From the human T2T-CHM13v2.0 reference genome, Homo sapiens, in NCBI RefSeq assembly GCF_009914755.1, contig NC_060926.1: a DNA stretch of 64,000 nt; one strand, given 5' to 3'. The notes under the pieces are model-generated. The model saw only the letters and a program-made list of their open reading frames with translations, was not told the DNA's origin and searched no databases. Shown piece by piece: positions 54,411 through 64,000 of the stretch. The translations under genes were made by a program, and so were the position numbers. The first letter of the stretch is position 1, and every line of letters starts with the position of its first letter.

Positions 54411-57400
54411 AAATACATATGACACTCTGTTTACAAGACATAAACTGGTAGATTTAACATTTTCAGTTATTTCAACAGAAAGAAAATATGTAAATTACCT
54501 TGTAAGAGCAAAGAGTTCATTTATAGACTCTGCTTTCACAGTTAAGGGGGAAGAACGCCCAGGGGCAATCAATGCAGGAAGCTAACCAACACTGTCCAGC
54601 TCTCCAGCAAAACTCATCTTGCCAACAGGGCCTCTATTGCACCGCCTAATATTGCACTGCTCGTTAGACACCATCTCACTTATCCATGTCACCAGTGTAA
54701 GCTTTTGTCTTCTCTAGAAAAGTTTAATGGAAAAAAACGATGTACAAACAGTAAAACTGTATCTTACAATTGTGCTAAATACCAATTATGAGAAGTACGA
54801 ACCTCTCTTCACTTTGCAAAGCTTGCAATGGAAAGTGGTTAGCTATATTTTGCAGCTAAGTTCATTTTCAAAAGTTTTACAAAACCTTTGATTCAGAGTA
54901 AGCTTGATGGGGTACAGTGGCAAAGGAGGTGACATTCCCATGCCTAGTGGAATTAGTTGTAAGACGCGCACTGTCACTGTCAAAGGCAACAAGCACATGG
55001 CTTACAGCTCCACCTTTCTAACTTTTGGCAAAATCCCTCCCTTCCCCTTGTGATGTTGTCATTGTTCAATGGGGCACAGCTCCTTTTTTTTTTTTTTCTT
55101 TTTTTTAAAAAACTGATTCAGAGCTTGCAGTGGCTGCTTACTTACTCTGGCTATCTTTCAGAAATTTAGCTGCCTTATCTATAGCTCATTTAACTAACAG
55201 TGAATTAGGTACTAGTTTATAGGTATAAAGAAATAGTTACTTAGTTGAGAATTCAATATATGAGAACATACTAGAGTAAGTTTCCTGAGGTAAAAGTATG
55301 CCTTAAAGAATGATGTGCAATCTATAAAACTGTAGCATTTTCTCTTGGGTAGCAACACAATGACCCCCAAGTCTGGATTTTTAAATTAACAGGCTAAGAA
55401 AACTAAGGACACATTGATATAGAGAAATAAAATAACAATGCTGAAGTCAAAGAAATATTGACAGCTGAGATATCAATTCAAAAGGAGGCATGAAGGGGAA
55501 CAGAGGAACAGAAGGAGGCTGTATTTTAAAGTGCTTAGGTAGGTTAGAAGATGAATTTGAAATGCCTCCAGGGATTTCTAACAAGTTTAAAAAGTGTTAC
55601 TTCTTGGTGACTCAGATGTTGAAGACATGGCTTTTCTTTAATAATAGCTATTCAAACTTTTTATTCTTTTTTGAAAAACAAGATTCTCTATAAAAACGTT
55701 TTAGCCATTGTAATTATTCTGCTAGCTGTTACTCTCACTAATGTATTTTGAAATCCTAACTGGCTGAAGAATTTTTAATAAGGTTGAACTACAAAGCACA
55801 CATTTGCACCAAGAATTTAAATTAATGCATAGATGTCTGTGAAATTCTGCATGAAGTTAGTGCCAAAAAAACCTTTCCATTGCAGATCATGCTTTATTTC
55901 TTAATATTCTGCTGAAGGATTATAGAAATCAGAAAAATTCTAGGACCCTGAAGCTTAACTTGCTTATTTTATTCCTTTTACGTAAATGAAGTGGTATATG
56001 GCCATTCTTAACATTAATAATGAAGGTGTTGGAAACTGAGTCTCAAGACCTAAGAATCAAGCTCAGGCTAAATTTCACCAACTCACACATAAGGATATGA
56101 GTGGGAGCACTAATGAATTTTCTCTGCTGTAATTGCTCATCTGTGCAATACGGCTGAATGAGGTTCCCAATCTAGTATTTAATAACAGTGATGAAAACTG
56201 GCACCAGCTTTCATAGAGGGCCACACATTCAGAGTTGTCGTGTCAATTCGGGCTGACGCTACCGTGCACGATCCCTCATTCATATGACTTCTACATTCTG
56301 CTGTGAGGACAGACATGTCTGAGTGCTTTCAGCATGATAAAGGCCTTCCTTAAGCAAAATTTAGGTCCCGAAGAACTCTGGGTTGGAGTTCTGTAGCCTC
56401 AGAAGCCAGTTAAAGGCCAGAGGAAAACCTCGCAAGAAATAACATATATCAATCAGTTCATTTAAAAAGTTGTTTTGATATTACCAAGATGAAAAGTGCG
56501 ATGATAAAGCAACGCTCTGGTTTCCTGAAGACAAGCTCAGTGCAGCCCAAGTACAGGCATACAGTGAAAAGCTGCTGTGTGGAAAATCCACAAGGCTGCA
56601 GTGGGCTTGGATTGGAAGAAAGTGGCTTTTCTTCTTAGGAGGTAAGGTAGATGCTCTTTGGCAATCGATATGGGATAGCTTTTTAAAATTCACAGGACAG
56701 GAAGATTTTATATACTTTCAAGCCCCAATTAGTACAGCTAATTGAAAGTATATAAAAATGTGAATTAGTGTGGTTGCAGCTAAAAGTATGAGTGATGTAA
56801 CAAGAATGACGACGTAATGAGTCAAGTGGTGAGACTAGTTCTATAAGCACCGTAAGGAGTGCCAGTCCTAATACATGAACTTCATCCATCCCTTGTATAT
56901 CAAGGAGGAGACTGTGGTCAGAGAATGTATTTTGTAAGCTATAGTTTAAAAATATTACTCTTCAGAAATTTGGAGCCCAAGCAGGAATTACAGAGATTCC
57001 TCCCAACAGAGGCCCTGAGATCTCCCCTGACTGCCACCCAAAGGATCCACACTTGCCTCTGATCAACCAGATTCAGGCCAAGGCTTAGAAGAGGGAGGAG
57101 GCAGTGGCCAGAAGCCAGGGACTCTAGAGGAGAGAAATGATGGCAGATGTGGGGTTCAGAAAAAACACAAGACGGGAAGGGGAAGAGGGGAAAAAAGGAA
57201 GAAACAACACTGGTGAGGAAGTGTAGAAGAGGCCAACTTTGCTGAGGAGTGGCCCTGCCTTTCTCACCTGCCTGTGGCAAAGGCTGGCAGTAAGACAAGG
57301 GCTAAGCCTCATAAGGAGTCTCTCCTACTGCATCAAGCTTGCCCCAAGCTTGGCTGGCCTTTCCTCTGCTGATGTGCATAATCTTTAAGTGCGACCTCTA

Positions 57401-58346
57401 AGTACCTTTTTTTTTTTTCTTTAAGAGACAAGATCTTACTATGTTGCCCAGGTGGGACTTGAGCTCCTGGGCTTAAGCAATCCTCCTGTCTCAGCCTCCT
57501 GAGTAGCTGGGACTACAGGCGGATACTACTGCAGCTGGCTCCTCCAAGTACTTCTGTCTTGGGGCCTGATTCCTCATTCCCAGGTGCACAGTGCTCTCTA
57601 CTGCTACCAGCAACCATTTCTATGGCAAGGGAAAGGCCTCAGATCCAGGGACAGGATAGGCAGCAGCCAGTGTACCTAGAATTTGTGGCTGCCACCACCT
57701 TTTCTCTTAGGACTGGCTTGTCTCTCCCACTGGTGGCTGCAGAAGAGGAACAGAGTGAATATCATAAAGGAATGCTCAATTCAGAACTGTATCACCTCAT
57801 TTTACAAACTCCCAAAGGGCTGCCAAGAGTCATCATTATAGATCGATGGGTTAAAATACCACCTAAGGAACTCATTGTAAAAGCAGCAACTTGTCTGTAA
57901 GGTCACACCAAACTTACAGGGGTTCTGATGTTGTTTGCTTCCATTTTTGTTATTTTCTTCTCTGATGATGAATTCCGTAAAAAAGAAAAAGTGAAAGGGT
58001 CCTCTTGTCCTCTCTTCCCTCCTCCAGGAACCTTGTGGATTTCCCCAAGTGAAATGTCTAAGTGATACTATAATTACAGAGCTGACGAATGAGAAAAAAA
58101 TTCAGAATTATCTAGAAATATGAAATGAAGTACAGGGTGTGACGCTCAGTTCACTTCATACAAATGCAGGTCATTTCTCAGTAAAATGTCTATGAAATGG
58201 GTACCTGAATTACTGATATACAAATGACAACACATGAATGAAAAGAGCAGTGAGATTCTGGGAAGGAAAACTCCACGTTGGTTATTTCACCTCTAGGGAA
58301 AGTCTGTTTGCATTTGAGTCCCACATGTGGCTTTTTTCTGTACTTT
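54370..58346 (-). other. DNAJC27: DNAJC27 3'UTR (~4 kb; 3' end approximate)
   Basis: AT-rich, nearly repeat-free sequence after the stop. Ends near minus-strand TATAAA/AGTAAA (54396-54386), preceded by UGUA and followed by a GU/U-rich element. Confidence 0.75.
57407..57540 (-). mobile_element. Alu monomer (FLAM/FRAM-like) inside the DNAJC27 3'UTR
   Basis: T-tract followed by GAGACAAGATCTTACTATGTTGCCCAGG...GTAGCTGGGACTACAGG. Confidence 0.8.
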
Positions 58347-58479
58347 CTACTTGATGTTTTTCAGGAGGGCTGTCCGAGCATTCACAACTGCTTTGAAGGC
58401 ATCTTCACTGCCAGGTGCTACACATTTGTCAGGGTGAAGAAGCACAGCAAGTTTCCGATACGCTTTATTGACTTCATCC
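58347..58479 (-). CDS. DNAJC27: DNAJC27 last coding exon (J-domain with HPD motif, stop TAG)
   Basis: cttttcccag|G GAT GAA GTC... encodes (R)DEVNKAYRKLAVLLHPDKCVAPGSEDAFKAVVNARTALLKNIK*. Phase matches the upstream exon (2+1). HPD codons at 58436-58428. Confidence 0.96.
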
Positions 58480-60619
58480 CTGGGAAAAGAAGCCAAGATC
58501 TATGTTAGTAACAGAGTCAGCCCAACCCACTGCATGTTAGCTGTTTGGACACACATAGTATCTCTTACAGTGAACATATCCTAAATTATTACCCTTTCTC
58601 AAAGGCAGGATTAAAGGACTAGAAAACAGACAACCAACCAATAAATAGTATGTAATATATAACACAAATTGAAAAAGTTATTATTGCACAATGCAAAAAG
58701 TATATAAATGCTAACAAAACACTTAGTAAAATAATAATCAGATGAAAACAGGCAGTACTTGGCACCTCACAGGCACTCAGCATATCTTTGCTGATTGAAA
58801 GAATAAGGGCTTGGGCACCAGGGAAGGCATCCAGAGTTGCCTTCTGAAAGAAGGGGTTCTGGGAGAGAACCAACAGTGGCCTGGAATGGAGCCCGAACAC
58901 AGCACAGACGGGAAGCAAAACAACCCCAACACCTGGGCCTGATAAACAATCACAACAGTAGGTGTTTCATGACAAGTGTGTGCTGGGAAAACTGTTTCTT
59001 GAAGTTAGGATACAGGAGGTTGTTACATAACCCAGGCATGAGTGAGTACAAGTTTAGATTAAGGTATTTATGGAAGGAAACAAGGGAAGATAAAAGATAA
59101 AGAAAGAAATGGCAGAAGTGGATGATGAGCTGAATATCCAGGAGGAGAAGATGAAAAGAAAGGGGCTGAAATGAGCTCCAGGGTCAAGGTCACGAGGAAT
59201 CTGAGGCCCAAGAAGGTGACACCACTGAGCAAGCAAGGGATGCTGGAAAGGGGTAGTCCAGAATGACAATGAGCTCACGAGACCAAAGAAGAAACACGAC
59301 AGAGATCAGTATTATCCAGAGAGGAAAGGAGCAGTAGCAGTGCTTCTCCAATCCGGCGGTTCCGATAAACCAGCAGCGCTCCAGGAGAGAGCTGCAGGCT
59401 TCTGAGCTCCTCAAAGAGCCAAAACTGGCTGGGGAGGGGCCTGGACCCATCTGTCCCTGTCCCCACTGGTCATCATCCTCTGGTGTCAGGCCTCCCAGAG
59501 GGCTCTAAGTACCCAGCCACTCCCCAGTCAGATTAAGCTCTGTCTCTACCAGATGGTTTTATTTCCCACCTTCCTTTTCTAATTCAGGGTTCCAGTGATC
59601 CTATAAGCTATATGGTGCTTTACCAAATGCCCTAGCCTTTCTCCTTTATTTTTATCGAAGGATTTCTAATGTGGCTCTCCAAGTCAGATGGCCTTTGATA
59701 CCTTGGCTATGATGGAAAGTTTTATGTATCAGCTTGGAGAGACTGAGGTCATAGGGTCATGTTAACAGTTCTCCAAGTCTTAGGCGTACATTCTAGGGCC
59801 TTTTCTGCTTTCTGCTCTTAGAGGGGTCCTGAATTTTCTTGTTCTAGCAAGAACCTCCTTCTTTCATAAGGATACTCTGGGGGACCTTCCTGGTGCCCTG
59901 CGTGTTGTTTTTCTACATGTGTAATTCTGATAATTCGCTAACAAGAATGACATTCTCCCTCTCTGAAGCAATTTGAATTGTAAGAATTCTTATTTGTCCC
60001 AAAGACCCCGTGTCCTTGAGGAAGGTACAGCATCCTCCCTCTTCCCCACAAGGGAGTCCTGGGAAGGGCCCTTCCAGCCACTCTGCCTCCCCAGAGAGGG
60101 TGTCCACATGGGGTCAGTAGTTACACCCGGTCCTCTGCACTAAGAGTGCCTTTCAAGATTTGCAGGTAGCGGGAGAAACTCTCAAGATGTAACAAATACA
60201 TCAATTCCGTTGAAGACGAAGATTTTCTTAAAGTTCAAGAACAGTAAACACAGTTAACAGTCAACAAATACCAAAACTCTCTGTAACTTAAGAAAAAAAT
60301 GTTTTAAGGCTTTTTCCCAAATGTACTTAGTGCCATATAAAATTAGTTTGCTAGGCCCAGTGGAATAAAGGTAAGAGAAGCACATGTTTCTATTGGTTAA
60401 GGATATGAAACCTATAGGGGCCTGTAAGTTCTGGTAAATTTCAATTAACCAAAGTGAATACATAAGGAGCCCTAAGTTTCTTCTTTCTTAATGAATATTG
60501 TTCTAAGTCTACTAACAAGTAGATAAAGTAATTGTTTCTTAAGTTTAGAGCCAGTATCCCTTGGAGATGACACAGAAGAATTCAGAAAGAGACTATGAAG
60601 GCCTAAAAAGAAATGTAAA

Positions 60620-60830
60620 ATATACAGATATACAGATTCAGTGCAATCTTACTGAAACCCTACTGGCTTTTTTTTTTTTCATAAATGGAGAAGCTGATCT
60701 TAAAATATATATGGAATTACAACAGATCCTTAATAGTCAAATAATCTTGAAAAAAAATAGGAAGACTCACATTTTCGAATTTCAAAACCCACTAAAAATC
60801 TACAATAAACCAAAGAGTATAGCACTGAAA
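60620..60830 (+). mobile_element. L1 ORF2 fragment
   Basis: TACAGATTCAGTGCAATC...CTGATCTTAAAATATATATGGAA...ATAATCTTGAAAAA is typical of the late L1 ORF2 region. Confidence 0.6.
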
Positions 60831-61376
60831 AAAAAAAAAAGATCCCGATAAACTCTGTGCCCTACACGAGGTCATCTGAATTCCCTGACAGTTTTAAAGC
60901 ATCCTCAATATCACCTGGTGAATGAGTGTGCCCAATAACAGTTTTCCCCTTCCCTTCCCCGCTTTCCTTCTGGACTTGAAGATACGCTGTGAGGTCAGAA
61001 TGGAGAAGAGATGTGTAGTGCTTTGGGTGCTGACATGGCAATTTCAAGACATACTTTTTTCTTTTGTGAGAATCAAGGTGAAAAAGTAGGAAGGGTGAAG
61101 TATGTGGGGGGAGTCTGGGCGCATATTGTACTACACTACAATATGTGTAGTAACGGTAGAATTAGACCGTTGAAAGTTACATAACCATAATGAATAATAA
61201 TTTAATTTTTGTACAAGCAACAAAGAATAGTGATTGAATTTTTTTCTTAAATAACTCTTTTGACTAAAATAATTAACATAAATACACACACAGAGGGCTG
61301 GGTGTGGTGGCTCACGCCCGTAATCCCAGTAGTTTGGGAGGCTGAGGCAGTTGGATCACCTGAGGCCAGGAGTTCA

Positions 61377-61640
<264 letters not shown>

Positions 61641-62124
61641 TTAGAGACAAAGACAGAGACAGTCAAACATACAGTGTTCCAGGGTAAGAACCAATTATAC
61701 CACTAACTCCGGGGATTCTTGAACATGTTTAATCTCACTGAATCCCAGTTTTCCCACCTATAAAATGAAATGTTTGACAAGTTGATTGCCAACGTGCTTT
61801 CCTCCTCTAACATTCTATGATTGAAGAATTCTCTTTTGTTAGTTCTTTTCAAAGCTCTTCTTGTTCCACACAGCTGAAAGCAGAGCATACCATTTCATGA
61901 AGTATTTATGCACGTACACGACACAGTTTTCTCACCAGGCAACTGTGCCCTCTATTTTGTCTCTTTGGTATTCAGCTAATTCAGTGAAACTGAGTCATTC
62001 TAATATATTTTCATACATCTTCGTATTTCCAGCCAACTGGAGGAAGATATACTGCACCTATAATTTTGGTGATGGAGTCTTTCTTTATGATAGCAATCAG
62101 CACTAAGTATCCCAGAGCGCTTAC

Positions 62125-62285
62125 CTTGAGGCCCCAGGTTTGACTCCCAGCATGTCCCAACTGTCTTTACTATTTCGAATTCTGCGAATGGCATCTGCTT
62201 GTTCTTTGGTGAAACTAGCACTGCTATTGGTGGTAGGGCGTTTCCCGCCATTTTCACATAAATCAACTATGGATATATAAAAGGT
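62125..62285 (-). CDS. DNAJC27: DNAJC27 (RBJ; Rab-like GTPase plus J-domain), penultimate coding exon
   Basis: ttcttcttgtag|ACC...TCA AG|gtaagc. 161 nt encoding TFYISIVDLCENGGKRPTTNSSASFTKEQADAIRRIRNSKDSWDMLGVKPGAS(R). Not shown in this frame by the ORF track. Confidence 0.96.
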
Positions 62286-62869
62286 CTACAAGAAGAAAAC
62301 ATAACCCAGGGTAGAAATGATTTTGTGAAAATAGGAATTCCTTTTAAGCATCAACTTAAAAGACTTTTAATATATTCCAGCAACTCTTAGAAGTCATGTA
62401 TAAAGCAAATACACACTTTGGAAGATTTTTTTCTTTTATACTATTTAAATATATATATTCATATATTTTAATACACAAAAAGTATAAGGAATAAAATTAA
62501 AGTGGCTAATAATCCTACTTTCAGATAACCACAATTGAAGTTAAAAAGTAACAGATGGGCAGGGCATGGTGGCTCACACCTGTAATCCCAGCATTTTGGG
62601 AGGCCGAGGCAGGCGGATTGCTTGAGCTCAGGAGTTTGAGACCAGCCTGGGCAACATGGCAAACCCACGTCTCCACACACACAAAAAATACAAAAATTAC
62701 CCGAGTGTGGTGGTGCACGCCTGTAGTCTCAGATACTTGGGTGGCTGAGGTCGGAGGATGCTTGAGCCCAGGAAGTGAAGGCTGCAGTGAGCCCAGATCA
62801 TGCCACTGTACTCCAGCCTGGGTGACAGAGCCAGACCCTGTCTCAAAAACAAACCAACCAACCAAAACA

Positions 62870-63650
62870 ACAAAAGTAATGATGAACATTGTTAGAAAAA
62901 TTCAAATAGTAAAGAAAAGTGTAAAATGAAAACTGTGTCTCTCTACTCCTCAAGTTCCTCTCCTGGAGGTAACCATTGTTAATTTTTTTTGAGCATCCTT
63001 CCAGAAAAATTTACCATCAGTATGCCAGTATATACACAGATCCATACTCTTTCAACATGTACTAAAGGAGATCAGACTAAACACATCTTAGCACCTTGTA
63101 TTTTTTTCCACATAATGCATCCTGGAATCTTTCTATAGCTACATGTAGAGACTTTCTTTGTTCTTCTAAATGACTGTTCAGTATTGTATTGTGTAGCTGT
63201 ACCATAATTTGTGTAACCAACTCTCTATTCTTGGACAAGTCAGTTGTTTCTAGTTTTTTTGCTACTATAAACAGTGCTTCAGTAAATTTTTCTTTTGTGT
63301 ATACATCTCAGTACACTTGTGGGGATACTGCTTTAGGATAAATTCCTAAAAGCAGAACTGTTGAGAAAGAGTATATGCGCATTTTAATTTTTGAGTCTGA
63401 CAACCGTTGTTAAAAAAAAAAGCTGTACCAGTTTACATTCCCATCACCGTGTGTGTGAGACAGAGTGCCTACTTCTCCATACCCTCATTAACACTGACCA
63501 TTATCAAACATCTTAAGTGTTACTAATCTGATATATATCTAATATAGTTTGATTTGCATTTCTTTAATTAGAAGTGAAAGTGGGTATCTTTCCAAATGCT
63601 TATGGCCTTTTCTTTTTCTGCAAACTTCTTATTCTTTGCCCATTTTTACA
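62870..63650 (-). mobile_element. Old L1ME-type 3' fragment
   Basis: GTACCAGTTTACATTCCCATCA...TTTGATTTGCATTTCTTTAATTA is typical of antisense L1M 3' sequence. Confidence 0.6.
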
Positions 63651-64000
63651 ATTTTTTTTCTTTTTTTTGAGACAGGGTCTCTCTATGTTGGCCAGGCTGG
63701 TCTCAAACTCCTTGGCTCAAGTGATCCTGTCTCAGCCTCCTGAGCAGCTGGGATTACAGGTATGTGCCACTGCACCTGGCTACACTTTTCTGATTTTTTT
63801 TTAGGTGAAAGCTTTTTTGACCCTGCTCATGTTTCATGTTCTGTGCACTGTAATTATTATTGAATAATACTCATTTACCACACTACAGCCACTTTTAAAT
63901 GGACATATCTCCTCCTAATTTCTTTAAAAATCTTTTCCTCTTCTTTTTTGGATTCTTTTATAGTTCCTGTTATCTTCTAAAATTCTTATCTTTCTTTTAG

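Overview
Human (primate) genomic DNA, very Alu-rich, recognisable as the 5' end of ADCY3 and the 3' end of DNAJC27 (RBJ) on 2p23.3. Both genes lie on the minus strand in tandem. Positions 1-29054 are the large ADCY3 intron following the first coding exon; it holds an old fragmented L1, Tigger/MER44 DNA transposons, MLT1, MIR/L2 and about 30 Alus. The first coding exon is 29055-29926 (ATG at 29729, 225 codons). A non-coding first exon (30425-~30980) sits in a CpG island. About 23 kb of intergenic DNA follows, with a TG-rich minisatellite and a second CpG-rich patch. Then come the ~4 kb DNAJC27 3'UTR and the last two DNAJC27 coding exons (J-domain, HPD motif). Nearly all other ORFs in the track are Alu, L1, simple-repeat or GC-shadow artefacts. 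I found no new protein-coding system. The most unusual observations are: (i) a 139-bp local copy plus a hairpin enclosed with an Alu inside one apparent target-site duplication; (ii) a palindromic RFX X-box-like array in the intron of this ciliary gene; (iii) EBF/Olf-1 sites around the first exons; (iv) a coding palindrome that reads [11 protein letters not shown] on both strands; (v) tandem miR-25/92 8mer sites distal to alternative poly(A) signals in DNAJC27. Repeat subfamily names and boundaries were assigned by eye and are approximate.
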